From a virus (lineage: Duplodnaviria; Heunggongvirae; Uroviricota; Caudoviricetes), in IMG/VR virus record IMGVR_UViG_2740892219_000010, positions 15,486 through 79,485 of that record: a stretch of DNA of 64,000 bases; one strand, 5' to 3'. Of the stretch, positions 10,131 to 20,962 are shown one piece after another (the first letter of the stretch is position 1; every line of letters starts with the position of its first letter). Position numbers and translations under genes: made by a program. The notes under the pieces were generated by a model, which worked only from the letters and a program-made list of their open reading frames with translations, had not been told where the DNA came from and did no database searches.

Positions 10131-10619
10131 ATGGCTACCAACCCAAGAGAGCACGCCCGGCGAGTGCTGGACACGTTCTGGTGCGGGCGTGGTTTCCCTG
10201 TTGATCCAGCGAAAATTGCTCACGACATGGGATTAGATGTTTTTATTACCGATCTTCCTGGGAAAGTTTCTGGCGCACTGATTAAACAAAAAGATCAAGA
10301 TCCAGCGATCTTTCTAAACAGTGATGACAACAAAGTTCGTCAACGTTTTTCATGTGGGCATGAGTTGGGGCATTACATCGCCCGGCAAGCATCGCATAGC
10401 GATGAATATGAGTACGTTGATTTACGTGGCGAAACCGCAAGCGCCGGAACGCATCCTGATGAAATTTTTGCGAACAAGTTCGCAGCAGAACTTCTGATGC
10501 CGGTTGATGAGGTCAGAAAACTGCACGCTGACGGTCAACCAAGTTATATAATGGCGCATTATTTTGGCGTATCTGACGATGCGATGACTTATCGTTTAAA
10601 GAACTTGAGGTTGGGGTAA
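10131..10619 (+). CDS. ImmA/IrrE-family zinc metallopeptidase (DUF955-like)
   Basis: 162 aa with HEXXH motif (CGHELGHYIA) in the context typical of ImmA/IrrE; RBS ggagga. Confidence 0.65.
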   Translation: MATNPREHARRVLDTFWCGRGFPVDPAKIAHDMGLDVFITDLPGKVSGALIKQKDQDPAIFLNSDDNKVRQRFSCGHELGHYIARQASHSDEYEYVDLRGETASAGTHPDEIFANKFAAELLMPVDEVRKLHADGQPSYIMAHYFGVSDDAMTYRLKNLRLG

Positions 10620-10628
10620 CGCTTTAAA

Positions 10629-11234
10629 ATGCCATCGGATGATGATTTTAACAGCCGTTTCAAACAGGAAGTTGCACGCCGACTGAAGGATTCCCTCAAC
10701 CTACACCGCCAGTTAGCAGAAGAGGTTGAGCCGGAGGACGATGAAACTCCGGTTCAGTCTCCTGACGAAGCTTCACCTCAGCCAAAGGTTTCGCACGCCC
10801 CCAAAAAAACGGCTGTCCGTATTCGCGGAATAGCCAGAAAACGAGCTGCCGAAGCTCGCAAAATGGCTGTAGCTGCATCTAGCAAAAGAATTCCAACTGT
10901 TACACCCTCTCAACAAGTCACCCGTACTGAGAGTAAAATCTTGACCGAGTTCACATCTGTGAAACAGGTGAATTCACTTGATACCGAGCATGAGCGCAAA
11001 CAACTCAACAACAAAGATTTTGAAGCAGAAATCGCTCTAAAAAAACGATACGGGAAATGGTTCCTGATTATCCTTGCTTTCCAACTTCTGATAATGAATG
11101 GTGTATTTATTGCCGACGGCGCAGGTAAGCTGGAATTTGAGGATTTAACACTACAGTTGTACATGGGCGGTACTTTGACAGAGGTATTCGGCCTCGTGCT
11201 GGTCGTGACAAAATACCTTTTTAAACGCAAGTAA
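10629..11234 (+). CDS. Hypothetical membrane protein, charged N-terminus and two C-terminal TM helices
   Basis: 201 aa, 10 nt downstream of the ImmA-like gene; its last ~22 codons are duplicated at 15760-15827. Confidence 0.5.
   Translation: MPSDDDFNSRFKQEVARRLKDSLNLHRQLAEEVEPEDDETPVQSPDEASPQPKVSHAPKKTAVRIRGIARKRAAEARKMAVAASSKRIPTVTPSQQVTRTESKILTEFTSVKQVNSLDTEHERKQLNNKDFEAEIALKKRYGKWFLIILAFQLLIMNGVFIADGAGKLEFEDLTLQLYMGGTLTEVFGLVLVVTKYLFKRK
11163..11230 (+). repeat. Direct repeat DR1 (68 bp), left boundary of cassette island
   Basis: atgggcggtactttgacagaggtattcgg...aaacgcaa recurs at 15760-15827 with 3-4 mismatches. Confidence 0.85.
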
Positions 11235-11483
11235 CTCTCTCAGTCCAACAGTCTTTCGAAGGCCTTGATCAAAGGGCCTTGATAAATTAGCAGTGCGTTG
11301 AAAACAGATAGTTATTCCCATCAGTTCCAACGTAATACACATCAAAAAAATCACCATTCTTTTGCTCTAACGTCAACACCTACTCTTAAAAAAATAATTC
11401 TCCAAGAATGAGAAAGTTATTGTGTGTATTAGATAAGATATGAGCTGACACATCTATGGCGTGGAGCCAAATTTAATATGACA

Positions 11484-11507
11484 GTCCGCTCTGTGCCAGG
11501 AGCGGAC
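11484..11507 (+). repeat. Hairpin repeat copy A (partial: 3-prime half only)
   Basis: gtccgctctgtgccaggagcggac; GTCCGCT/AGCGGAC inverted repeat around loop TGTGCCAGG, shared with copies B-D. Confidence 0.8.
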
Positions 11508-11871
11508 GTTGTAAAGTTTATTTGGAGAATAATGGTTAGAAGAACTATGTAGATCATAGCCCTCTAAAGTCAGTAGTTTTACACCATATAAATGGTCATT
11601 TAGAGATAGTACACCACCTACAAAAAACGAGATAAAGCGTGCAAGCGGCATGAAGATACATAAAATACTCCATTCTGCACTTGATGTTAGGATGAATACT
11701 GACACTCGCTTTGTAAAGATAAAGATGATCTTGAGGATGATTAGTTTATTAATTATCTCCAATGTTTGTTATTTTGTGATGATAAAGATTCTCTGGATTA
11801 ATAGGATGGTAATTCAATTAAAAGAGACCTTATAGAAGGCCTCTTTTAAGTTATGAGAGCTGATTTTATAT

Positions 11872-12249
11872 TCAATAGAGTATTCTCATCGAAGAAATAA
11901 CCTCATAAAATGTAAAGACAGCCAGCAAAAAAATACAGATAAAGATAAGGGAAATAGCACACTTAACTAAGGACTGAATCCCCCGAGGTGTTCCCCATGG
12001 TTTAGACATTTGGGTTATAACCCAAATAAATAAGGCCATAAAACAGCAAACACCAGCCAATCCGAGCAGAGATATTATGACAACTCCAAATAGATTTCCA
12101 ACATCTAGTTTATCTGTTTTTGCAACTAGGGTTAACAAACCAGCAATAATAGTTGCTATCGATATTCCCGCAATGGTTGTGAGATCAGCGATAACAGCCA
12201 GTTTTTCTTTAGTATTTCCTTGAGTAAAAACCTCTAAAATTGATTTCAT
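11872..12249 (-). CDS. Small multi-pass membrane protein
   Basis: 125 aa, about four hydrophobic helices, RBS aggtgg; flanked by hairpin repeats A and B. Confidence 0.5.
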   Translation of the reverse strand: MKSILEVFTQGNTKEKLAVIADLTTIAGISIATIIAGLLTLVAKTDKLDVGNLFGVVIISLLGLAGVCCFMALFIWVITQMSKPWGTPRGIQSLVKCAISLIFICIFLLAVFTFYEVISSMRILY

Positions 12250-12364
12250 GGAAAATAACCACCTACTATCGATTATATTCAGGAACTTTTTATCATAACG
12301 ATATCAGATAGATAAGGATATTGTAATATTTTGGATGATTTAAACTTACTTTTGTAACTCTAAT

Positions 12365-12430
12365 GTCCACTTTTCGCTCACAGCGGACCTTTAGCTCAGT
12401 TACCTCGTCCGCTTTGTGCCAGGAGCGGCC
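12365..12430 (+). repeat. Hairpin repeat copy B (~65 bp)
   Basis: gtccac..cgctcacagcggacc..tagctcag..gtccgctttgtgccaggagcggcc; same family as C and D. Confidence 0.8.
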
Positions 12431-12691
12431 GCTAACCTGATTGACGGGAAATCATATTAAGTCGGCATAAAAAATTAGAATATCTTTAGTGACTATTACT
12501 AATGTGTGTGTATAACTTATGCCTAATTTATCGCTCCGGCTGAGGGAATCTTGCCTCCGCTGTCACTTTTAGGTATGTTAACAACTATTTTTACAGTGGT
12601 TCCGAGTTATGCTATCTAACAGATTACTTGAACCGAGTCCGTTTATCAGTATGGCGTTTTATATGCTCAGAGTCCATCCAAGGAGTGACTT

Positions 12692-13168
12692 TTGAAATTT
12701 GAACAAATCTATAAAAATATTACTGGCCTTAGCTGTCCCATATTCGGGATTCAGTGGAATGCTCCAATAATAGAAACTGACGAAGCGAAGAAGTTCGTCA
12801 TTTTTCTTGAGGACAAGCGCGTTCTTTTCAATCCTGTCGACATGGAGGGTGCTAGTCATTGCACTTCGAGTGTTATCAACATTAGATCTGAATTGACTAA
12901 AGTCCTACAAGGTTTGCCGAGCGATTCACATTTAGCAAAACAATTAAGGAAAATGAGAAAAGCATGCCAAGAATTCTGTGACAGCGTTGGCTCCCCTCAC
13001 TTTATCCAACTTGATCATCCTGTTCAAATATCCATACTTGAGCGAGCCCTTTTTAAACTGCGACAAAAGTGTGGTAACTCTCTGGCAGAAATAGCGGTTA
13101 CCTATGGTCTTGATGTTGATGACGGATTGGCCAGTATTATCCCTTTTAATAATCCCAGTAACATATAG
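12692..13168 (+). CDS. Hypothetical protein
   Basis: 158 aa; probable TTG start 6 nt after RBS aaggag; flanked by repeats B and C. Confidence 0.45.
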   Translation: MKFEQIYKNITGLSCPIFGIQWNAPIIETDEAKKFVIFLEDKRVLFNPVDMEGASHCTSSVINIRSELTKVLQGLPSDSHLAKQLRKMRKACQEFCDSVGSPHFIQLDHPVQISILERALFKLRQKCGNSLAEIAVTYGLDVDDGLASIIPFNNPSNI

Positions 13169-13264
13169 CAATGACTATGAATTTGCTTGCTGGATTAATT
13201 ATCATGCAACCGACAGTTTTGGGTCGGAAGCGGTTAGCAAATTAGTCATTAGTGAGTCGTTATG

Positions 13265-13330
13265 TCCGTTCATCGCTCACAGCGGACCTTCAGCTCAGGT
13301 AACTTGTCCGCTTCGTGCCAAAAGCGGACA
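13265..13330 (+). repeat. Hairpin repeat copy C (~65 bp)
   Basis: gtccgttcatcgctcacagcggaccttcagctcagg..gtccgcttcgtgccaaaagcggaca. Confidence 0.8.
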
Positions 13331-13448
13331 TGTCAAAGCGCAGAGTGAATGGCTAAGTCTAGCTCATTAAAAATGTTCACTTCATGAAAATGGCTGCAGC
13401 AAGAATCTATCTCACTGCGGCCTCTTTACAATAACGAAATTTTGCAAG

Positions 13449-14204
13449 CTATTCCTTGGCCTCTTTATTCTTCTCGCCATCGCCAATATAAATAAGATAG
13501 TCGTTTAAGGATATCCTTCCGGAGGGACCGGTCCATGTTATCAATCCGTTTTCACGAAGATTAAATAATGCTTCCATGAACTCATTATCGTTAAAAGAAT
13601 GATCTTCTGAGAACAGAATGTTCATTTTTCTCAATAGTTCTTCCACTTTAATCTTTTCATATCGCCTTATCAGACTTAGTGCTCTACGACGCATTAAGAC
13701 TGTAGGTACTGCTTGTGAACGAATGGTTTTTTGTATTCCACTATCAAGAACTTTCTTAATCTTACTCTCTAATTCTTTGATTTTAGTTTCATTATCTCCA
13801 TTGGACTTAAGCTTTTCATCAACGATACAAATAATCTCCTGACTAATGCGGTTCTTGAGTTTGTTTATTTTTTCTTCATTGTTGAGGATCTCATCAGAGC
13901 TTCCTGCATGGGGTTTTTTCCATATGTGCTGACGCATATCCGTTACCGTATCTCTCATCATAGAGAATGTATCTGAATATAACTTGTCAAATATTTTTTC
14001 CAGTCGTTCGACACTTGCCTGGATGTCTTTTGCTGCTTTAGTTGTCTCTTTAGAAGCCTCATTCGACATTTTATAAAAAACAAAAGAAAGCCAAATAGCC
14101 CCAATGGCGAGTACTAATGAGGCTATTGTGGCAATAAAACCTATTATTGTTATTGCTGTATCTAATGTACCTGCTGCATCTGTGACTACTGTTTCTGCTG
14201 CCAT
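13449..14204 (-). CDS. Hypothetical membrane-anchored coiled-coil protein
   Basis: 251 aa, N-terminal TM helix then Lys/Glu-rich coiled-coil-like sequence; RBS gagga; flanked by repeats C and D. Confidence 0.5.
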   Translation of the reverse strand: MAAETVVTDAAGTLDTAITIIGFIATIASLVLAIGAIWLSFVFYKMSNEASKETTKAAKDIQASVERLEKIFDKLYSDTFSMMRDTVTDMRQHIWKKPHAGSSDEILNNEEKINKLKNRISQEIICIVDEKLKSNGDNETKIKELESKIKKVLDSGIQKTIRSQAVPTVLMRRRALSLIRRYEKIKVEELLRKMNILFSEDHSFNDNEFMEALFNLRENGLITWTGPSGRISLNDYLIYIGDGEKNKEAKE

Positions 14205-14488
14205 ATATCCTCAATATTTAACCATACAGGGTAGCGTGTTTTAACCGCGGGGAAGTCGGGGTGGTGACACCCTGGCCTTACCCCAATTCCAGAGTATTTG
14301 TTTATCATACCATTGAAACTATTTAATTTTATCGAAAATTTTGTCAGAGCGTGACTGAAAAGTCTTCAGCACGTCAAGCAGATCGTCGCCGTTCAATTAG
14401 CACTGAACTTTTTCTTAGTGGGGGGCTGTGCAGTTGCGAAGTTATGCCCCAGTTCCTCACTACATTCTAATTAAGCCGGCCAACTAAA

Positions 14489-14550
14489 TGTCCGCTCCTC
14501 GCTCACAGCGGGTCTTCAGTTGTTCGTCCACTCTGTGCCAGGAGCGGACA
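14489..14550 (+). repeat. Hairpin repeat copy D (~62 bp)
   Basis: gtccgctcctcgctcacagcgggtcttcag..cgtccactctgtgccaggagcggaca. Confidence 0.8.
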
Positions 14551-14640
14551 TTGATTATTCCTCACTGTAAAAATCTTAATGCTAACTAGTGGGAACTATA
14601 AGTTGTCAATTGACATAATTGTGTATATTTTGCGATTTAA

Positions 14641-15468
<828 letters not shown>

Positions 15469-15696
15469 CCAATATATGGCAGTAATGAATATTTCGGGGA
15501 TCGTGTTTGCTGCGGTCATGGTTACCATTAGCAGAATAAAACTTGTGAAGGGACGTATCAAACTAAGGATGCTATGTGCGGTAAAGTTTCAATGCAGGGA
15601 ACAGATGCTGAAGTCAAGAAAATGGTCGATTGCCAGACGCAAATGACCCTTTCAAGAATCGCTTTCCTCAGAAACCAATAACTGAAGTTTCCTTCA

Positions 15697-15728
15697 AGCT
15701 GGCGCCAGGTGTTAACCTGGTGCCAGCT
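15697..15728. other. Near-perfect 14-bp-stem hairpin next to DR2
   Basis: agctggcgccaggtg-ttaa-cctggtgccagct; no T-tract, so not a classical terminator. Confidence 0.5.
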
Positions 15729-15759
15729 TAGTCATCAAGTGCATATTTAACTGTTTTAT

Positions 15760-15827
15760 ATGGGCGGTACTTTGACAGAGGTATTCGGTCTCGTGCTGGT
15801 CGTGGTCAAATACCTTTTTAAACGCAA
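15760..15827 (+). repeat. Direct repeat DR2 (68 bp), right boundary; orphan 3-prime gene fragment
   Basis: Copy of the 3-prime end of gene 10629-11234 (would encode ..YMGGTLTEVFGLVLVVVKYLFKRK) with no upstream ORF. Confidence 0.85.
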
Positions 15828-15855
15828 ATAGAGTATTTCCGCCCCAAACAACCTG

Positions 15856-16692
15856 TCAAAATGCTGAATTAGCAACGGATATAGCCGACTTTTTCCCCAT
15901 TACCATCAATTTATCCAGTGTCATACTTCGCAGGTTGTCGCTGTGGATCACCAGATACCCTGCCCGCTCAGCGATCTCTTTGAAAGCGTCAAAAGTCATC
16001 AGATGTTCGCCTTTGGCAACATGGCGCATCCTGGTCACTTTTCCATTTTTGATAGTGGTGATAAAAGAAAAATCCGGAATGGTTGGCTGATTTTCATCGA
16101 GTAGCAGGCAGTGGATGTATTCAATCGCCTCTAACATTTGCGTCTGTGACAGTTGTTCTATGTGAGAGACGGCGAAGCGTTGATGAATCATGGTGTAGGC
16201 ATCGGGATACATCATGCCTTTCTTACCGACCAGCATATTAACGGCATCACGTAAGGGAGTACGGTCATCGGTAGTTGTACTCCGCCTCTCTGGACGCTGG
16301 CTAAAATAACAATCTTCCAGCTTTTCGAAAACTTCCCAGGCCTGTTCTGTTTCCAGCATTTTGGCATGGCGAGCTGCGCCGCGTTCTGTCCAGAGAATGA
16401 GGGATCGGGTATGTTTAGCAACTGACTGACTATCTGTCAGTCTGTTTTTGAAGTCGCGTAATTCATTACCTTCCAGCTTAAAAAAATGCTTTCCTACGAC
16501 AAATCTGGCGATGTTGCGCTTGAAGTTTTGCTGGATACCATTTACTTCCGTGCCATACAAACTGGCAAGCAATTCAGTAGTGATGACGGGAAGTTGGTTA
16601 TGATGTAGCGGAGAAAGGGATTCCGCAGATATTTGGATTGTCATCGCAGTGGCCTCACTTAGTGTTTTTTTCATCACCACCAGCGACGCCAA
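15856..16692 (-). CDS. Phage antirepressor-like protein
   Basis: 278 aa; N-terminal region resembles antirepressor/Rha-type phage regulator domains (recalled, not searched). Confidence 0.45.
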   Translation of the reverse strand: MASLVVMKKTLSEATAMTIQISAESLSPLHHNQLPVITTELLASLYGTEVNGIQQNFKRNIARFVVGKHFFKLEGNELRDFKNRLTDSQSVAKHTRSLILWTERGAARHAKMLETEQAWEVFEKLEDCYFSQRPERRSTTTDDRTPLRDAVNMLVGKKGMMYPDAYTMIHQRFAVSHIEQLSQTQMLEAIEYIHCLLLDENQPTIPDFSFITTIKNGKVTRMRHVAKGEHLMTFDAFKEIAERAGYLVIHSDNLRSMTLDKLMVMGKKSAISVANSAF

Positions 16693-16916
16693 TCATCTGG
16701 TGGTGAACTGTGCAGGGTTGGCGTAACCGGCTAAGTGAACCCGGCGCTTCCACAGAAGCCCCCACACAGCCCACCATAATGCGAATGTGGCCGTGCCTAA
16801 CACATAAAAAAACCGCTAACGCGGCTATGCGTCACTTAGATATCCGGGACGCCAATCCCGGCAACCGATTTTGCGGCTGCGCGGAAACTATAGCCCCGGA
16901 CTTTTTCTAAGTCAAT

Positions 16917-17138
16917 TCAATCAACTTCAAACCTCCGGTGTTCACATTCCATACACTCAACGGGAACATCATCGCGATGCAAGTCCACATATCCGACCCG
17001 CTTATACAACTCAATAATGTCCGGTAACGTGACCAGATGTTTTTCCGGTTCCAACACCTCAGCCCTGGTTACTTTGTAATCTGAAATATAGAGCACTATC
17101 CGCCCGTTCCGTGGTAACTCCAGTTTATCGCCAAACAT
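16917..17138 (-). CDS. Hypothetical protein
   Basis: 73 aa ORF in operon orientation. Confidence 0.3.
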   Translation of the reverse strand: MFGDKLELPRNGRIVLYISDYKVTRAEVLEPEKHLVTLPDIIELYKRVGYVDLHRDDVPVECMECEHRRFEVD

Positions 17139-17325
17139 GTCCTTTCCCTCCGGGAAACCAATGATATTGACGATATTACACCCACAAAGATTCGTTTTAC
17201 GTCACTCCGCAATCACCATACATACGTACCAATCCGTACATTCCCACCACAAAAATGGCATTCGGCGGGCACTGGTAATGGATTTTTAACGCGTGCTATT
17301 GCCTTGCGACGTATTTTCAATTCAC

Positions 17326-17550
17326 TCAAACAGCCTCCCTGCCCTCAAACGGGCGAATATTGGTTGGTTCTCCACACGGAATAGCCCAACCCAGCCAGGT
17401 AAATATTTTCAGGTCACACATCGCGTCATACCGTTCGCCAGGATTCACATCCACCATGCTGCAGGCAATTTCATATTGTTCACCATTATCAGTCAGTGCG
17501 ATCTGGTCATTAATAAACCGGGGCACAAATGCAAGAAAAAGTTCTTTCAT
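17326..17550 (-). CDS. Hypothetical protein
   Basis: 74 aa ORF, ATGA-coupled to the upstream gene. Confidence 0.35.
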   Translation of the reverse strand: MKELFLAFVPRFINDQIALTDNGEQYEIACSMVDVNPGERYDAMCDLKIFTWLGWAIPCGEPTNIRPFEGREAV

Positions 17551-17858
17551 GAAATTCTCCGCTCAAAATAAACAAACTGATTCACCGCTCCGATAGGCAT
17601 TTCGAGTTTTTCTGCGATATCCTGGCGATTAATACCCGACTGATGTAATTCCCTTGCCAGCTCGATATCCTCCTGGCAGTATTTCGCTGACTGGTGATAA
17701 TTACCCCGCAGATACATACAGATTTTCAGCTCGCGCGCTTTTGTGCGTACCGCTGCACCGGTTCTGCCAATAAGCTGCCCTATACGTTCAACTGTCATGC
17801 TGCCCGCACATTGTTTGATGATTACGACTTCCGCACGCACCCACCGTTTGTATTTCAT
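17547..17858 (-). CDS. Hypothetical protein (nin-type region)
   Basis: 103 aa ORF, overlapping neighbours on both sides. Confidence 0.4.
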   Translation of the reverse strand: MKYKRWVRAEVVIIKQCAGSMTVERIGQLIGRTGAAVRTKARELKICMYLRGNYHQSAKYCQEDIELARELHQSGINRQDIAEKLEMPIGAVNQFVYFERRIS

Positions 17859-18091
17859 TGTTCCATCACCCCTCTCCAGTAGTTCAGACGCTCTCTGAAA
17901 AATTCCCGGTACGTATCCGGCGTCATTCCGATTTGCTCAATCACGCTTCCCCTCGGAATACGTTTCTCAAAGAGTTGGCGGATCAGCGCCGCCGCTCGCA
18001 TGTCGTAGTGCTCTTTAAGCTGGTATTCCTGGGGCCATTTGGCGCGGTTGTGTGGTAAGCCGGGCGGCAGGTAATCTGATTGCCCGGCCAT
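17855..18091 (-). CDS. Hypothetical protein
   Basis: 78 aa ORF in operon. Confidence 0.35.
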   Translation of the reverse strand: MAGQSDYLPPGLPHNRAKWPQEYQLKEHYDMRAAALIRQLFEKRIPRGSVIEQIGMTPDTYREFFRERLNYWRGVMEQ

Positions 18092-18092
18092 A

Positions 18093-18503
18093 TCACGCCC
18101 CTTTCTTTGCTATCGGAGTGATGGAACTCAGCAGCAGGCGGCAGCGACCAGGCGCGCCAATGCGCTGCCCGGTTATCTTGTCGTAAGTTTCATGCGGTGA
18201 GGCACACCAGGTTGTCGCTGTTTCGTGGAGTTTCACTTGCCGCTCACCATTTCTGCGAATCGCGATCCCGGTGTGCGTTTTGCCCTTACGTTTCACTGCT
18301 GGCGCTGCGGCTACGGATGCCTGACGGGCAGGCTTAGCAGGGGTTGAAAAATTGCCTGCTTTAGGTCTTGGCACAAAAACCGCGCGAGTGCGCGCACGTG
18401 GCCCGACGTTCATATTCCACAAAATGACGTCGAGATAGTTTTTACCGTCGTCTATGTGTCCTTTGTCCGACGGGTACTCTAATTTGCCTGGAGTGGTGGT
18501 CAT
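18093..18503 (-). CDS. Hypothetical basic protein
   Basis: 136 aa, Lys/Arg-rich, downstream of the helicase. Confidence 0.4.
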   Translation of the reverse strand: MTTTPGKLEYPSDKGHIDDGKNYLDVILWNMNVGPRARTRAVFVPRPKAGNFSTPAKPARQASVAAAPAVKRKGKTHTGIAIRRNGERQVKLHETATTWCASPHETYDKITGQRIGAPGRCRLLLSSITPIAKKGA

Positions 18504-18541
18504 TGGTCTTTCCTCGGTTATTTCACGCTGGTCAGGCGTGG

Positions 18542-19957
18542 TTAAAATTCATTTGTGCGAGAATTATCGCTACGGGAATAACGTTTATTTTTTTCTGAGC
18601 GGTCGTTGGTACGGCGATAAACCTCCTCATCGCTGATATCAATAACTGAGCCATTTTTCATCAGGGCGTAGGCTGTTCCCGATGGTCCTTCGCGGTTCAG
18701 ACGTAGCAACATTTCCATGAGATTTGGGTCGGCATTTTCGTTATAAACAGCATCACGATAGAGGCCAATCCAGACATCGCAATCTTGTTCGATCTGCCCG
18801 GTATCTTTACTGTCGCTCGGGTTAGGCCGCTTATCGGCACGTTCTTCAAGCTTTCGGTTGAGTTGCGTCAGCAGGACCACAACACAATCCAGCTCTTTTG
18901 CCAGGTTCTTCAAACCGGTTGTGATATCGCCATACGCAATATCCCTACGCTCTGCCGATTCGGTCTTCATCAGCGTCAAATAGTCAATTGCCACCAGGCC
19001 AACCGAGCCACGCATCCGTTTAACTTTTCGACATTCAGCGACAATATGCGCAAGGGTTACACCTGCCGTGCTGTCAATCATCATGTTGGATTCGGCAATC
19101 TCCCCCGCCTTTGCTATTGCGAGACTCAATTCAGATTCATCGTTAGGGCCAAGATAAAAAATCTCCGAATTGACCTTTGCTTCCTGCGCAACCATGCGTT
19201 CAATGAGACTTCTGTCAGTCATTTCCAGGCTAAATACCAGCGTCGGCAAACGATGATTCAGAGCAAAATGCACCGCAATTTTATTAAACGCGGCTGTCTT
19301 GCCCATTTTTGGCCGGGCACCAATAACGACCAATGAACCTCTTAACGCCTGCTTTGGTGCCATTAAGCGATCAAGGCTTTCGATTCCGAGCGTTAGTCCG
19401 GCTGCATGTGCTGGATCATTGAAACGGCGCTCAAGGTCATCTATCCAGTCATCGACGACTTCACTTGCCGGACGCAAACCGCCCTTATGCCCGGTACGGG
19501 AATGTTCGGCCACCTGCCCAATCACTTGCTGAACGGCGGTGATCCTGTCAGTAGCAGTCATATCTGCAGGCTGGATCATAATCTCCAGACAAGAATTCAA
19601 CTTTTCCACGGCATAACGAAGAATGGCTTTTTCACGTACAATTTTCGCGTAGTTGACCATTGAGGCCGGAATCGCCGCCTTACTCATTTCAGCCAGGTAT
19701 GCGAATCCCCCCACGCGCTCATACAGCCCCTTCGATTCCATCAGTTCGGTCAGTGTTATCAGGTCAGTTGGTTTATCAGCTTGAAATAATCCTTTGATCT
19801 CCCGGTAGATAACCTGATGCGCATTGATATAAAACGTTTCCGGTTTCAGTAACGCAAATACCGCATTGGTTCTGTCGTGGTCGGTATTCAGCATCAGACA
19901 GCCCAGAACAGCCTGTTCTGCGTCAACGCTGTACAGTGCAATCGCGTTATTTATCAT
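18542..19957 (-). CDS. Replicative DNA helicase, DnaB family
   Basis: 471 aa; Walker A GARPKMGKTA and DnaB-like N-terminus (SVDAEQAVLGCLM). Confidence 0.85.
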   Translation of the reverse strand: MINNAIALYSVDAEQAVLGCLMLNTDHDRTNAVFALLKPETFYINAHQVIYREIKGLFQADKPTDLITLTELMESKGLYERVGGFAYLAEMSKAAIPASMVNYAKIVREKAILRYAVEKLNSCLEIMIQPADMTATDRITAVQQVIGQVAEHSRTGHKGGLRPASEVVDDWIDDLERRFNDPAHAAGLTLGIESLDRLMAPKQALRGSLVVIGARPKMGKTAAFNKIAVHFALNHRLPTLVFSLEMTDRSLIERMVAQEAKVNSEIFYLGPNDESELSLAIAKAGEIAESNMMIDSTAGVTLAHIVAECRKVKRMRGSVGLVAIDYLTLMKTESAERRDIAYGDITTGLKNLAKELDCVVVLLTQLNRKLEERADKRPNPSDSKDTGQIEQDCDVWIGLYRDAVYNENADPNLMEMLLRLNREGPSGTAYALMKNGSVIDISDEEVYRRTNDRSEKNKRYSRSDNSRTNEF

Positions 19958-20702
19958 TTGCGCGTTCTTCCTTGACCGAAACGTAGCAGCGTTCGGTAAT
20001 CAGATAATCAAGATTTTTACGCCGCCAGAATCCTCCCCTGCCATTTGGCCTGTCCTCCAGCATCCAGCGACAATTGCCACCGATAAATTCCAGATAGGCC
20101 CGCCAACGGGACTCATTGAAATTGAATTTTTTCCAGAAAGTGCGAAGGTGTTTTTTTCTGCCGTCAGTGAGGATTTTCACTGGTGGCATCTCTGGCAAAA
20201 TCTCGTGATAGGTATCGAGTATCACCTGATAATTTATTCTCTGGTCGGCAGGTTGTTGGGTGTCGGCGTCAACCGATTCACCATCAGTAATAATCTCTGT
20301 AGTATTCTCTGTAAGAATGTTTGTTGGTTTTCCACGTACAGGCCTGGTGGTTTTCCCCTCACCTGTATGTGGTTTTTCCGCATCCTTGTATGCGGACGTA
20401 AGTAGCTGGCACAACACATCATTATCGATTTTGTAGTACAGCCTGGCAGGCAAGCCCTGTTTACGTTCCAGCAAGATGCCGAGACCACGTAGTTTTTTGC
20501 GCGCGCCCTCCTGCTCGTATCGTGAAAGCCCTGTTTCCTCTTCCCACTCATCCTGGGTTTTATATACCCAGCCGTCGTCAGTTGTTCTGTTTGTCCAGTA
20601 CGTCAACTGCGACAGAAACAATGCGGCAGTCACGCCCATTTCAAGACGGATAAAACTTCTCTGGAAGGCTATGGGTCTATCAAGTAACGGGAGGATGTTC
20701 AT
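19947..20702 (-). CDS. Phage replication initiation / replisome organiser protein
   Basis: 251 aa immediately upstream of and overlapping the DnaB-like helicase. Confidence 0.5.
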   Translation of the reverse strand: MNILPLLDRPIAFQRSFIRLEMGVTAALFLSQLTYWTNRTTDDGWVYKTQDEWEEETGLSRYEQEGARKKLRGLGILLERKQGLPARLYYKIDNDVLCQLLTSAYKDAEKPHTGEGKTTRPVRGKPTNILTENTTEIITDGESVDADTQQPADQRINYQVILDTYHEILPEMPPVKILTDGRKKHLRTFWKKFNFNESRWRAYLEFIGGNCRWMLEDRPNGRGGFWRRKNLDYLITERCYVSVKEERANDK

Positions 20703-20923
20703 ATGCCCAAAGCCTCTGAGAGAACGCGACAGCCAGCCTCATAGGCAGCGCCAGAGAGATTTTGCTCACGCAGTTTCGCTTTTTCTTCTTCGTACTTTTC
20801 CCATACAGAACGTGCAGCTGCGACGCGGCCATCGAATATGGGGCGGATCTCTGCAACATGTGCCGGGCGTCCATTCAGGTGCCAGCCGTTACGCCAGGTA
20901 ATGCGGTCAATATGTCTTAACAT
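20699..20923 (-). CDS. Hypothetical protein
   Basis: 74 aa ORF overlapping the replication gene start. Confidence 0.3.
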   Translation of the reverse strand: MLRHIDRITWRNGWHLNGRPAHVAEIRPIFDGRVAAARSVWEKYEEEKAKLREQNLSGAAYEAGCRVLSEALGI

Positions 20924-20962
20924 CGGTCTTTCCTCGGTATAAGTTAAACGCTGGTCAGGCGC

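Noticed and set aside
11484-14550. The four hairpin repeats as a CRISPR array
   Set aside because: Spacing is about 900-1200 bp with full ORFs between copies, copies are only ~85 percent identical, and there are no cas genes; a cassette-linker repeat fits better.
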